From IMG/VR virus record IMGVR_UViG_3300034788_000438, positions 1-51,454 of that record: a stretch of 51,454 nt of DNA. One strand, 5' to 3'. Within the stretch, counting starts at the first letter, position 1. Every line of letters begins with the position of its first letter. The notes under the pieces were generated by a model that saw only the letters and a program-made list of their open reading frames with translations, was not told where the DNA came from and made no database searches. Source of the DNA: a virus. Taxonomy: Duplodnaviria; Caudoviricetes. Position numbers and translations under genes: made by a program. Of this stretch, positions 9,139 to 17,392 are shown in pieces.

Positions 9139-11517
9139 ATGGCGTATAATCCCGATGGATTGAGTCTAAACGTAGACGGATTGTCTAGCCAGAGTTCACA
9201 GACCTGGCTTCTCGATGGAACCGACAGCATTACGGCGGCGCTCGCTGACGGCTACATTGATGATGCTGCGAAGCGCGGTGTGCGCGTTGGCGATGTTGTC
9301 CGCCATCGGCAGTGGACGGAGTTTGTTGATCAATTTGATAAGACGCCTCCCATTTTATCCGACACGATCACCAGTGTTTCAGCTATCAACGAAAACGGCG
9401 CAGCCACACTTATTGAGGCGACATCAAGTCCAATTTCTTGGCCAAATCGCGGCGATCTTTCAGGAGATTTGCAAGCGGGTTTAGTCCTCCCTGATGGAGC
9501 GTTAATGTCGGACGGGACTGTCTTCTATATCTACGAGTCGGGCGCAACTGCTATTGCGGATATGCCTAACGCACTCCCATTTGGGGTGACAAAGCCAAAT
9601 CACTTTGCTGAGAATACGGCTCCTGGATCAACGCCAATGCTTGCAGCGTTTCAATCTGCGACCAATTACGAGATTGAGAAGGTTGGCGCTGCTGTTGGTT
9701 ACTTTGGCAGGCCATCCCCTGTAGTTGAGTTTATTGGAAGTCAATCGTATTATATTGAGGGGGCTTTTTCTGCTGAAAGAGACGCTAGAAGCCTTAAGCT
9801 TCGCGGCCATGGGTGCCGATTGGTTACTGACTTCAATGGGCCTCTACTCAGCTTTGGGGATGCTGATGTTTTTACGGCAGACGCTGCGGGAACAGTTGCA
9901 ACATATGGTATCCACGTTGTTGGGTTTAAGTTTGTAAACACAAACCTTACAGCGGCAAGCTCCATTGCGATCCGTCTGGGTCGGTGCTGGAACGCTGTCA
10001 TTGATGACAACGTGTTTTATGATTTTTGGCTAGATGTTGACTGCCATGGCGTGGGGCATTCTTGGATTGAGAGAAACCAAGGCTTTCTGCGTGACAGGAC
10101 GGCCACAAAGCAGGCGTTCGCTCGCTTCCAAGGTGTGTATGCTTCAGACAATGATAAAATTGATGGGACGGGCATTCACTTTAACCACAATGAAATATCG
10201 GGGCTTCCAGCGGATAGCACTGCGCAGGCAAACTTTATTGAGATTAAATCTGTGGACGGGTTCTACTTTGCCCAAAACCACGCACAGCACATCAATTGTT
10301 TCTTGCGAGTTGAGCCAGCTGGGTCTGCGGATAACTACAAAAACAACCGGACATTCGACATCATCTCAAATGGTGGCAACTATGCGGATAACCCAGGCGG
10401 GAATCAAGTCCGCATCATTGGTACGGTTGCATATACCGGAGGGGGCGGGCGTCAAAACGGCCTTTATAAAAACGTCAAGCTAGACAGAAGCGATTGGATT
10501 AGGGGGGCGGGTGTAGCGCAATCGGGGGCCACGGTTAACGTCACGGATGGGGGAGGTTATGCGGATCAATTTGGCGGTCTGACCGGAATTGAATTGCGCG
10601 GACACTTTGACCAGCACACCGGCACGCCTATCTCCGTTCTTGGAGCGAACAGTGGGCGGCTGGAGTGTATAGGCCTTGAGATTGAGGCCCGCTTCTCTTC
10701 TGCCCGCAGCGGAAGTGGTGGCGGCTCAGGATGCGCATTTGTAGAGGCAAATTCCGTGTTTATCCATGACTGCATTGTCGGGGCTGAGGACAACGCGCCA
10801 GACTATGTATTCACGCTGAACCTCAGCAGCACGGGCGCAGACGCAGCGGTGACAATCACGGGCAATGACTATTCAAAGTCCACTTATGCGATTGCGCCGC
10901 ATAACATTAGCGCCCCTCTTGAGACGAGCGTCAGCGTATATGGCAACATCTCAAAAGCGGGCGCTGGGCGAATTATCAAAGAAGAGTTCCGCATCCTTGC
11001 TGATCAAGGGGAGGTTGCTATTCCTTGGACTTACTCTTTCCCAGGCAACGAAACTGGGATTGATGTGAAGATCCGAGCCCTTGGCCAGTCCCACCCGACG
11101 CAAGGCTTACAAGACAGAACCACTGGCTCCGAGGCTGCGGGAACGTTTTATCGCAACGCTGCGGCGGCAACATCCAACATCGGGGGCTTTGGGTCTCAAA
11201 TTTACCTGAACACAAACATCGGCACCAATGACGCGCCCGTCTGGCCTGTTCTCATGACCGGAGATGCATGGCCAACAACAACCGCCGTTAACGCGGGGGA
11301 TGTGTACGTGGCAGGCGGCAATGTGTATCTTGTGATTGTGGGCGGCACCACTGGCGCAAGTCAACCTACCCACACCAACGGCTTCGCAAGCACAGGCACT
11401 GAAACATCTGCATATGTGGGGGCTGAAAGCGTGAACACGATTAGCGCGGTTCTAGGTGGCAACACCTCGACCCGCATGTATTGGACGGGCGAAGTTGAGA
11501 TTCTGCAAGCCCGATAA
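9139..11517 (+). CDS. fibre/depolymerase: decoration-like N-terminal domain, beta-helix, C-terminal CBM5/12-like module
   Basis: 792 aa; AAAGGAG RBS; PNHFAENTAPGSTPMLAAFQSA entry motif; Asn/Gly-rich repeats; WPTTTAVNAGDVYVAGGNVY...PTHTNG. Confidence 0.65.
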   Translation: MAYNPDGLSLNVDGLSSQSSQTWLLDGTDSITAALADGYIDDAAKRGVRVGDVVRHRQWTEFVDQFDKTPPILSDTITSVSAINENGAATLIEATSSPISWPNRGDLSGDLQAGLVLPDGALMSDGTVFYIYESGATAIADMPNALPFGVTKPNHFAENTAPGSTPMLAAFQSATNYEIEKVGAAVGYFGRPSPVVEFIGSQSYYIEGAFSAERDARSLKLRGHGCRLVTDFNGPLLSFGDADVFTADAAGTVATYGIHVVGFKFVNTNLTAASSIAIRLGRCWNAVIDDNVFYDFWLDVDCHGVGHSWIERNQGFLRDRTATKQAFARFQGVYASDNDKIDGTGIHFNHNEISGLPADSTAQANFIEIKSVDGFYFAQNHAQHINCFLRVEPAGSADNYKNNRTFDIISNGGNYADNPGGNQVRIIGTVAYTGGGGRQNGLYKNVKLDRSDWIRGAGVAQSGATVNVTDGGGYADQFGGLTGIELRGHFDQHTGTPISVLGANSGRLECIGLEIEARFSSARSGSGGGSGCAFVEANSVFIHDCIVGAEDNAPDYVFTLNLSSTGADAAVTITGNDYSKSTYAIAPHNISAPLETSVSVYGNISKAGAGRIIKEEFRILADQGEVAIPWTYSFPGNETGIDVKIRALGQSHPTQGLQDRTTGSEAAGTFYRNAAAATSNIGGFGSQIYLNTNIGTNDAPVWPVLMTGDAWPTTTAVNAGDVYVAGGNVYLVIVGGTTGASQPTHTNGFASTGTETSAYVGAESVNTISAVLGGNTSTRMYWTGEVEILQAR

Positions 11518-11569
11518 CGACAAAGCAACACATGGGAGAAAGGTAAACCATGACTGCGCTAGGTGTGAA

Positions 11570-11992
11570 ATGATAAGGCAAATTCTAAAAACTTTGACCA
11601 CACCTAGCAGTTATGATGGGGACTGGTTTGCATACGCTAAAAGCCAAATTTCACATACAAGCATCGGCGTCTTTCTTGTGGCTTTGATTAGCTATGGTGC
11701 CTTTATGGTTGACGGCGAAATCCCCTACAAGATGCACGTGTTTTTTGTCATTGCCTTTATTTATGCGTCAAAGGAGATATTCCTAGACAAGTGGAATGGC
11801 TTTGACACCGTGGAAGATTTTATGTTTGTGGTGGTCTACGGTACAGGTGGAACGCTTTACTCGTTTACAGAAAGACAAGCTGGCCTTTCAGAAGTGGTGT
11901 TTGACTTGGAGAAGTCAGCCCCGTTTTTTGCTGTGTGTTGTGTGCATTTGCTGGCAGGGGTTTTATACCGTTTGAAGGAATCGACAAAATGA
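11570..11992 (+). CDS. multi-pass membrane protein preceding the lysis cassette
   Basis: About four hydrophobic segments; start at 11570 supported by the homologous start at 51295. Confidence 0.65.
   Translation: MIRQILKTLTTPSSYDGDWFAYAKSQISHTSIGVFLVALISYGAFMVDGEIPYKMHVFFVIAFIYASKEIFLDKWNGFDTVEDFMFVVVYGTGGTLYSFTERQAGLSEVVFDLEKSAPFFAVCCVHLLAGVLYRLKESTK
11603..11729 (+). repeat. 127-bp exact repeat, copy 1 (= 51328..51454)
   Basis: Direct comparison; identity begins right after an A/G mismatch at 11602/51327. Confidence 0.95.
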
Positions 11993-12216
11993 CAAACTCC
12001 TATGTTGAACCTGCAATAAAAGGCGCGGGCGTTACTAGCGCTTCAATGCTTGGGGCTGGTTGGGTTTGGTCGATTGACTGGATTGCGCTTATCGGCTGTG
12101 CAATCCTTGTGCTAACGTTTGTTATGAATTTCATTTTTCGGCGTCGTGACGACAAGCGGAAACAGGAAATCCATGACTTGGCTATGGCTAAGGCGCGAAA
12201 GGAGTTGGATTTATAA
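11989..12216 (+). CDS. holin
   Basis: 75 aa; TM segment IDWIALIGCAILVLTFVMNFIF followed by basic RRRDDKRK; upstream of the endolysin. Confidence 0.7.
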   Translation: MTNSYVEPAIKGAGVTSASMLGAGWVWSIDWIALIGCAILVLTFVMNFIFRRRDDKRKQEIHDLAMAKARKELDL

Positions 12217-12380
12217 TGCAGTTTCAAAACAAGATTAAGGCGGCAATCAAAGAGCTTGAGACCGCGCACCCGCGCAGCTTTCAGCGCGAGCAAATCAAGG
12301 CTATGCTTGATCAGGCGGCGCAATGGGAGAAAGCCCTGCGCGACGGATTGCCGGTTGACGAAATCAAGGAGGTCGCATGA
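12216..12380 (+). CDS. hypothetical 54-aa protein inside the lysis cassette (MQFQNKIKAA...)
   Basis: Manual translation; TAATG and ATGA coupling at both ends; below the ORF-track cutoff. Confidence 0.6.
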   Translation: MQFQNKIKAAIKELETAHPRSFQREQIKAMLDQAAQWEKALRDGLPVDEIKEVA

Positions 12381-13027
12381 GACACCTGACAGAAATTATT
12401 ATTCATTGCAGCGCCACCCGCGACGACTGGATGCAAGGCCAATCGACTGAGGCAAAGGTTGCGGAAATCAAGCGCTGGCACATGGATGACAACGGATGGT
12501 CTGACATTGGCTATCACTGGATCATTGACCGTGACGGCACTGTTGCCGCAGGCCGCACCATGGAGCGCGACGGGGCGCACGTCAAAGGCCACAACAAAGG
12601 CACGGTAGGCGTTTGCCTTCTGGGTGGCTTTGGGTCTTCTGAGAATGATAGCCCGTATGACCACTACACCGCCGAGCAAATGGCCTCTTTGCGCAAGCTA
12701 ATCGGCAAGCTGCAGTTTGAATACCAGAGCATCACCAAGGTGACGGGACACAACCAATATGCAGCCAAAGCCTGCCCTGGCTTTCAGGTCAAACCGTGGC
12801 TGAATGAAAGCAAACCCAAGACCGACAAGGTGCTTGAGAGCGGAACCAACAAGGCGGCAATCGGCGCGGCGGCAACAACCGTGTGCAGTCAAACCGTCCC
12901 TGCGCTGGTGACTGACAACGCATTTGCGCAGAACGTCATCACGGTTGGTTTGGTTGGCGCTGGCCTGATGTGCCTTGGCTACATTCTTTATAGCCGGATC
13001 AAAAAGCAAAAGCGGGGGATCTTGTAG
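12377..13027 (+). CDS. endolysin, N-acetylmuramoyl-L-alanine amidase (T7 lysozyme-like) with hydrophobic C-terminal tail
   Basis: IIIHCSAT, GWSDIGYH, GAHVKGHN and GHNQYAAKACPGF zinc-amidase motifs. Confidence 0.92.
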   Translation: MRHLTEIIIHCSATRDDWMQGQSTEAKVAEIKRWHMDDNGWSDIGYHWIIDRDGTVAAGRTMERDGAHVKGHNKGTVGVCLLGGFGSSENDSPYDHYTAEQMASLRKLIGKLQFEYQSITKVTGHNQYAAKACPGFQVKPWLNESKPKTDKVLESGTNKAAIGAAATTVCSQTVPALVTDNAFAQNVITVGLVGAGLMCLGYILYSRIKKQKRGIL

Positions 13028-13293
13028 TGGGCCTCTTTGCAATTCGATACATTCCCGCCGCTCTGCTGCTTGCTGGGGTCGCGTGGGTGTGCTTCTGGGT
13101 GTTCGGGCTGGTGAACGCTAACGCCGCCCTAGAGGCCCGCGTAGCGGCGCTGCACAACGACTTGATGACATGCGGTGCGCGCTTATCAAACATAACAGAG
13201 GACATGCAAAGCGATGCGACTGTTAATGACCCTAACGATTTTGACGTTCCCCCTCATTGGCTGCGGACAGAAGGAACCGACGCCGGTAATTGA
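13027..13293 (+). CDS. inner-membrane spanin (Rz-like)
   Basis: N-terminal TM plus coiled coil directly after the endolysin. Confidence 0.65.
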   Translation: MGLFAIRYIPAALLLAGVAWVCFWVFGLVNANAALEARVAALHNDLMTCGARLSNITEDMQSDATVNDPNDFDVPPHWLRTEGTDAGN

Positions 13294-13456
13294 GGAGGCG
13301 CTATTTTGCGATGTTGAAGAGCCTCGCAAATTCTCCCAAGCTGAGATTGACTGGCGATCTGCTAACGCCCCATGGAACCTTGCGCGCGACTACCGCACCA
13401 ACCTGACATGGGATCGTGAATGCGCTGACAAGGTGCGTCAATCCGCCGCAGGGTAG
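13214..13456 (+). CDS. outer-membrane spanin lipoprotein (Rz1-like)
   Basis: Signal peptide with lipobox LIG-C; overlaps the Rz-like gene. Confidence 0.7.
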   Translation: MRLLMTLTILTFPLIGCGQKEPTPVIEEALFCDVEEPRKFSQAEIDWRSANAPWNLARDYRTNLTWDRECADKVRQSAAG

Positions 13457-13516
13457 TGTTTACCCTACCTTCTCCTTTCTGTGTTACACTGGTGTTACAT
13501 GAAAAGGAGGTAGACT

Positions 13517-13813
13517 ATGAAGGGACTGCTGCTTACTGCGATTATCACACTGACCGGAACGACTGCGCTTTCTCAGCAAATCAACTGCGCGCCAGCCTTC
13601 CACATTATGATTCAGCTAGACAGCCGTTATCAGGAAAGCGTGCGCGACACACAGGACCGTGACGGGGTTATTCTGGAGATGTGGGCAAACTCTGAAAATG
13701 GAACATGGACATTTACGGCGCGCGATGGCAGCGGCGCTATGTGCGTGTTAGGCCATGGCAAGGACTACCACGGCCAAACTGTTAGTGACATGATTTTAGG
13801 GGTGGAGGCTTAG
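13517..13813 (+). CDS. small secreted protein
   Basis: AAAGGAGG RBS; signal peptide; C...L...YQE...GTWT...C pattern. Confidence 0.7.
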   Translation: MKGLLLTAIITLTGTTALSQQINCAPAFHIMIQLDSRYQESVRDTQDRDGVILEMWANSENGTWTFTARDGSGAMCVLGHGKDYHGQTVSDMILGVEA

Positions 13814-13965
13814 GCCTCATTTTTCACCGGCTCACCCGTAAACGTCTGCTCCCCTACCCGAATGCGCACTTGGCCGTTGGGGTAGGTGTGTTCCACTGGA
13901 CCCTGTACGTGTGAGTATGGGGTGATTTGAATGGTTGCGATTTTCATGTCTGGTGTGTTTGTCAT
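13810..13965 (-). CDS. hypothetical 51-aa protein (MTNTPDMKIA...)
   Basis: In-frame ATG at 13965 with AAGGAAAGAGG upstream; last gene of the leftward arm. Confidence 0.55.
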   Translation of the reverse strand: MTNTPDMKIATIQITPYSHVQGPVEHTYPNGQVRIRVGEQTFTGEPVKNEA

Positions 13966-13979
13966 GCCTCTTTCCTTAT

Positions 13980-14129
13980 CTATGCGACCAGCACCGCGCA
14001 AAATTCCCGTGATGGTTGGTGCTGGCCGCTCCCGTGAGTGGGATAGGGTTTTAGAAAACAAGGGCGGTGTGACATTGCCATTTGGCGCGGCTCTGTCTGT
14101 TCCTGGGGGAAGCCCAACCAGAGCGACAT
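13980..14129 (-). CDS. possible 49-aa peptide (MSLWLGFPQEQ...)
   Basis: AAAGGAG RBS and open frame, but lies within a hairpin-rich region. Confidence 0.3.
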   Translation of the reverse strand: MSLWLGFPQEQTEPRQMAMSHRPCFLKPYPTHGSGQHQPSREFCAVLVA

Positions 14130-14168
14130 CCGGGGTCTCCTTTCGTTTGCGCTCATTCCCTTGTTTTC

Positions 14169-14211
14169 AAAAGCCCCGCGCCGCTGTGTGGGAGGAGAGT
14201 GCGGCGCGGGG
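14169..14211 (-). terminator. GC hairpin/intrinsic terminator with anti-SD-like loop
   Basis: 11-bp stem 14174-14184/14201-14211; minus-strand loop ACUCUCCUCCCACACA; followed by CUUUU. Confidence 0.6.
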
Positions 14212-14243
14212 TGGCGGCTAGTCTGATGTGCCGCCGGTGTTGC

Positions 14244-14429
14244 TTATGACCGCGACAGCGACCGCGACAGCGACCACGACCGCGACCACGACCACGACCG
14301 CGACAGCGACCACGACCGCGACAGCGACCACGACCGCGACCACGACAGCGACCACGACAGCGACCACGACCGCGACCGTGACCGCGACCACGACCGATTA
14401 TAACCCTCTGTCAGAATCGCCGCGTTCAT
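14244..14429 (-). CDS. Ser-Arg/Ser-Trp/Ser-Leu dipeptide-repeat peptide
   Basis: 61 aa MNAAILTEGYN(RSWS...); ATGA overlap with the upstream gene. Confidence 0.65.
   Translation of the reverse strand: MNAAILTEGYNRSWSRSRSRSWSLSWSLSWSRSWSLSRSWSLSRSWSWSRSWSLSRSLSRS
14248..14397. repeat. degenerate hexamer tandem repeat (CGACCG/CGACCA/CGACAG), about 25 units
   Basis: Directly visible. Confidence 0.95.
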
Positions 14430-14767
14430 TTCTGCACCCGATATGTTTTGCCATGCTCAACAGCATCGATAATGGCACCGCGACCAATGATTACCCGACC
14501 CTCTGGAAATGGCTCAATCTCTTTGGGGTCAGCTTTTTCCGTTAGCATGTCGTGAAAACGGCCTGTGTCTGCAATCCATGCAGCGTCTTCCAAGACTATT
14601 TCTTGCGGGGTTACGGACACAACGCGGCCAACGTCAATCATGGTCACGGTGCGGATCAGGTAGATTTTTCCAATCTCCCAAGCGCTGTTGTCCTGCTTTG
14701 GCGCAGATCCAAACATTGCCGCTAGTTCCTTGGCTTCTCCGATAGTCATGCTGTCAAGTTTGCTCAT
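14426..14767 (-). CDS. predicted Sm/LSm-like (DUF6948-like) protein, copy 1
   Basis: AGGAGAG RBS; IGKIYLIRT...GRVVSV...EIVLEDA resembles the Sm1 pattern; N-terminus aligns with 25038..25412. Confidence 0.6.
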   Translation of the reverse strand: MSKLDSMTIGEAKELAAMFGSAPKQDNSAWEIGKIYLIRTVTMIDVGRVVSVTPQEIVLEDAAWIADTGRFHDMLTEKADPKEIEPFPEGRVIIGRGAIIDAVEHGKTYRVQK

Positions 14768-14822
14768 CTCATTCTCTCCTTGTTACTCTCTCACCCTAAC
14801 CCACACTGTAGGGGTGGGGGGA

Positions 14823-14839
14823 TTGGTCATTTTGTCGCA
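14823..14839 (-). promoter_or_regulatory. RegA-like box upstream of 14767
   Basis: TGCGACAAAATGACCAA about 55 bp before the start codon. Confidence 0.5.
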
Positions 14840-15090
14840 GGTGCGTCGTCTTTATACATATACTCAACTAAAAACTGATCACCTCCGCATAGCATCACTT
14901 GCAAAACAACAATCTCCTGAGCATTCCAGTCAGAAGATATTTTCGGCTTAGTCGTCGAAAATATCCGTTCAGCCAGTTCGGAATTCATGTGAAAGCGAAC
15001 AAATCTGCTTTCCTCGCAACTTTTCACAATAGTTCCAGCAACTGAGTTAAACGAAATGCTTTGATTGTTCCTAACGTTGGCGTCAAACAT
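14827..15090 (-). CDS. hypothetical protein (AT-rich)
   Basis: 87 aa ORF overlapping the stop of the preceding gene. Confidence 0.55.
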   Translation of the reverse strand: MFDANVRNNQSISFNSVAGTIVKSCEESRFVRFHMNSELAERIFSTTKPKISSDWNAQEIVVLQVMLCGGDQFLVEYMYKDDAPATK

Positions 15091-15460
15091 CCCTCACTTC
15101 TCCTAATATCTGCAATTGCGTTTGATCGATGTATTCCCAGTCAGGCCCGTGCAGCGCAACCCAGCTTGCCTTTCCGTTATGTATGGCTTCCGGTCCATCC
15201 TGGTGGTGCTTCTTGCACAGAGGAATCGCATCCCAATCGCTTGACTTGCGCGCGCCAAACCTATCACAAATGACGTGGTGCGCGTCTGATGGCGGTGGAG
15301 CGCCACACACAGCGCAGGGAAGGTGTTTGACCGCCTGCAGGTATGCCGTGGCCGCCTTGCCTTCGTCACTGGCGCGGTATGCCTTGCGCTTGTCGCTGCG
15401 TTGCTTCATGCGAGTTTTGGCGCGCAGCGGCTTGCCTCGTTTTAGTGGGGTGCGTTTCAT
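15083..15460 (-). CDS. HNH-type nuclease, Ref/DUF968-like
   Basis: PCAVCG...DAHH...DAIPLCKKHH; start MKRTPLKR via ATGA overlap. Confidence 0.75.
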   Translation of the reverse strand: MKRTPLKRGKPLRAKTRMKQRSDKRKAYRASDEGKAATAYLQAVKHLPCAVCGAPPPSDAHHVICDRFGARKSSDWDAIPLCKKHHQDGPEAIHNGKASWVALHGPDWEYIDQTQLQILGEVRDV

Positions 15461-15897
15461 GAGTTTGACCCGTCGCCGTCGCTGTCCCAATAGCTCATTT
15501 CTTGGTCTGCAATTTCATAGGCCGCATCCTTGTCCCATGAAAAATCTGAACATCCGAACGTGTCGCCTAATTCAGCTAAAGCTTTCAGCGCCTCAATAGC
15601 CATGTCAATGGCCTCTTGTTTCTCAAGCCTTCCGCGCCGCACAAAGCGTTCTGCAATGTATCCTATGAATTTTGAGAAAGTTACACCCTCTTTGGAAGTT
15701 GCTATATCAGCCTTCCAAGCAATTTGTTGCCTTGGCATTGGAGAAGTCCACGATTTATCTCCAATATTTGTGAATGTTTGCAAGGCCGACCCTTGAACCA
15801 TTCTGTATCGAATAGGCCTTTGTTCAAGCTTGGCAAAGCAATCCGCACAAAGCCAATACGTTGAAACGTAATCGCCTCTATCATGCTTGCACGTCAT
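15457..15897 (-). CDS. hypothetical protein
   Basis: 146 aa, translationally coupled on both sides. Confidence 0.65.
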   Translation of the reverse strand: MTCKHDRGDYVSTYWLCADCFAKLEQRPIRYRMVQGSALQTFTNIGDKSWTSPMPRQQIAWKADIATSKEGVTFSKFIGYIAERFVRRGRLEKQEAIDMAIEALKALAELGDTFGCSDFSWDKDAAYEIADQEMSYWDSDGDGSNS

Positions 15898-16340
15898 TGA
15901 TCGTAACCCCTCAACTCTGGATCTGTCAAAAAAATTCCCATTTCCCGATAGTCCCGCATCATCTGGTCCATGTATTCTTTTAGCTCAGGCACGCGCATTT
16001 TGCGGGTAAACGGTATGTCAAGAACTCGAATTGCTTTGAGCTTGGCGGCGTGTGATAGGCTATCGAAAAGGTAGCCAAATGTGCTGTCCCATTCTGGGTC
16101 TCGGCGCATGATGTCTAGGCCGTACATTAGATTGCAATCTGCCTTCACGTCTTTTTCCGTCCGGTCCCCCATGTGACTAGCTATCTCTGCAAACCACTTG
16201 TGAACCAAGTCGTTTTGCGGGTTGGTGCGCTTCACCCCATCCGCAATTGCAGCCGTGAAAGGAAGGCCGCGAAAGTTGATGTACTTTACCAGCCTCTCGC
16301 GGTCCTCTTCTGTCTTCACAATGCGCGTCTCAGTCGCCAT
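15894..16340 (-). CDS. NinB/Orf-like recombination protein
   Basis: RTNPQNDLVHKWFAEIA and TRKMRVPELKEYMD motifs; start MATETR. Confidence 0.75.
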   Translation of the reverse strand: MATETRIVKTEEDRERLVKYINFRGLPFTAAIADGVKRTNPQNDLVHKWFAEIASHMGDRTEKDVKADCNLMYGLDIMRRDPEWDSTFGYLFDSLSHAAKLKAIRVLDIPFTRKMRVPELKEYMDQMMRDYREMGIFLTDPELRGYDQ

Positions 16341-16503
16341 CCAACTCACCCCGCAAGTAAGAATCATACGCCGCCAGTAGTTCCCGCGCAGACACGCCGT
16401 ATTCCTGCGCGACCACCGCCGCGCACGCCTCAAGAGACTTTGGGTTGCCGCTATCGCGCTGGGCCTCTACGTCAAGCACAAGGGAGCTTACTGCGCCAAT
16501 CAT
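16330..16503 (-). CDS. hypothetical 57-aa protein
   Basis: AAGGAGG RBS; ATGA overlap. Confidence 0.55.
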   Translation of the reverse strand: MIGAVSSLVLDVEAQRDSGNPKSLEACAAVVAQEYGVSARELLAAYDSYLRGELDGD

Positions 16504-17129
16504 GCGGCCTCCTTGAGGTCTGGGCAAATCTTCTCAGCCTCAGCCTTTAGCTCTAGCTGCATTGGCTGGGGAAGGCTGGCGAGTTTGGCCTTGAAGTTAT
16601 CATTGCTCAGCCATGCCTTGCGCACGTCTTCCGGCGTTGTCTTTGGTGCGTTCATCCACGCTTTCAGCATGTCGCGTAGCTCTGGGCGGGTTGGCTCTGG
16701 CGGTTTTTCTTTGGTTTCCTCAATGCGCTGCTGAACGTACTTGTTGTCATCCCACATTCCTAAGAAAATGTCGGCATTGAAACCAAGCTGAGAAAGAAGC
16801 TTTGTGATTGCGTCGGTGGTGGCTTTTTTGGGCGCGTCCGTGTCGGTGCGCTTTCCGAAAATCTCCGCACAACCTGGCATTGGCCCAAACACATTATCGC
16901 GCGATCCATGCCACAGCGTCACGCTGACAATGACCACCCCGTCATGCACAGAAAGGTTTTCCGTGGTGTATCCCCAGCCAACACCGATTGGCCCAAACTG
17001 GCGCGTTGCTTCCATAATCTGAGAATTGGCATTTACAGACGTAAACCCGCCACGCTGGTTGACGTGTTTTGTGTGCTTCGGATCTGTCTTGCCTACCGCA
17101 TCCCAAATCTTCATGTTGTCGGCTGTCAT
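16500..17129 (-). CDS. single-strand annealing protein, Sak/Rad52-like
   Basis: FGPIGVGWG and DAPKKATTDAITKLLSQLGFNADIFLG motifs. Confidence 0.75.
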   Translation of the reverse strand: MTADNMKIWDAVGKTDPKHTKHVNQRGGFTSVNANSQIMEATRQFGPIGVGWGYTTENLSVHDGVVIVSVTLWHGSRDNVFGPMPGCAEIFGKRTDTDAPKKATTDAITKLLSQLGFNADIFLGMWDDNKYVQQRIEETKEKPPEPTRPELRDMLKAWMNAPKTTPEDVRKAWLSNDNFKAKLASLPQPMQLELKAEAEKICPDLKEAA

Positions 17130-17182
17130 TTTTGTCTCCATTCTGTCTTGGGCTACAATAGCATAATGGGGTGGGGGTGGGA

Positions 17183-17199
17183 TGTGGTCAGTTGTCGCA
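17183..17199 (-). promoter_or_regulatory. RegA-like box plus promoter for the SSAP operon
   Basis: TGCGACAACTGACCACA, with TATTGT 22 nt downstream. Confidence 0.5.
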
Positions 17200-17200
17200 G

Positions 17201-17392
17201 TTAGTCAGCAGGTGTTGTGCGCGTGTAGTCGGTCCACACGCAAGCAGGCGCAACGTCATTGATAAAATCAAGCTGGTCTTTTGTGATTTTCTGATTGCCT
17301 GAAAGAAATATTTCTCGGCCCGTCTCTTTGTCCTTAATCATCACATCAAAGTCACCGCTTTGAAATGTGCAAATTGCCATGGTTATTTTCAC
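17201..17392 (-). CDS. hypothetical protein
   Basis: GTGA overlap; GGGAGG RBS. Confidence 0.55.
   Translation of the reverse strand: MKITMAICTFQSGDFDVMIKDKETGREIFLSGNQKITKDQLDFINDVAPACVWTDYTRTTPAD

Noticed and set aside
14228-14545. Plus-strand poly-Thr/Ala ORF
   Set aside because: Antisense shadow of the hexamer repeat; no RBS at proper spacing; the whole arm is transcribed leftward and the minus-strand ORF is ATGA-coupled.
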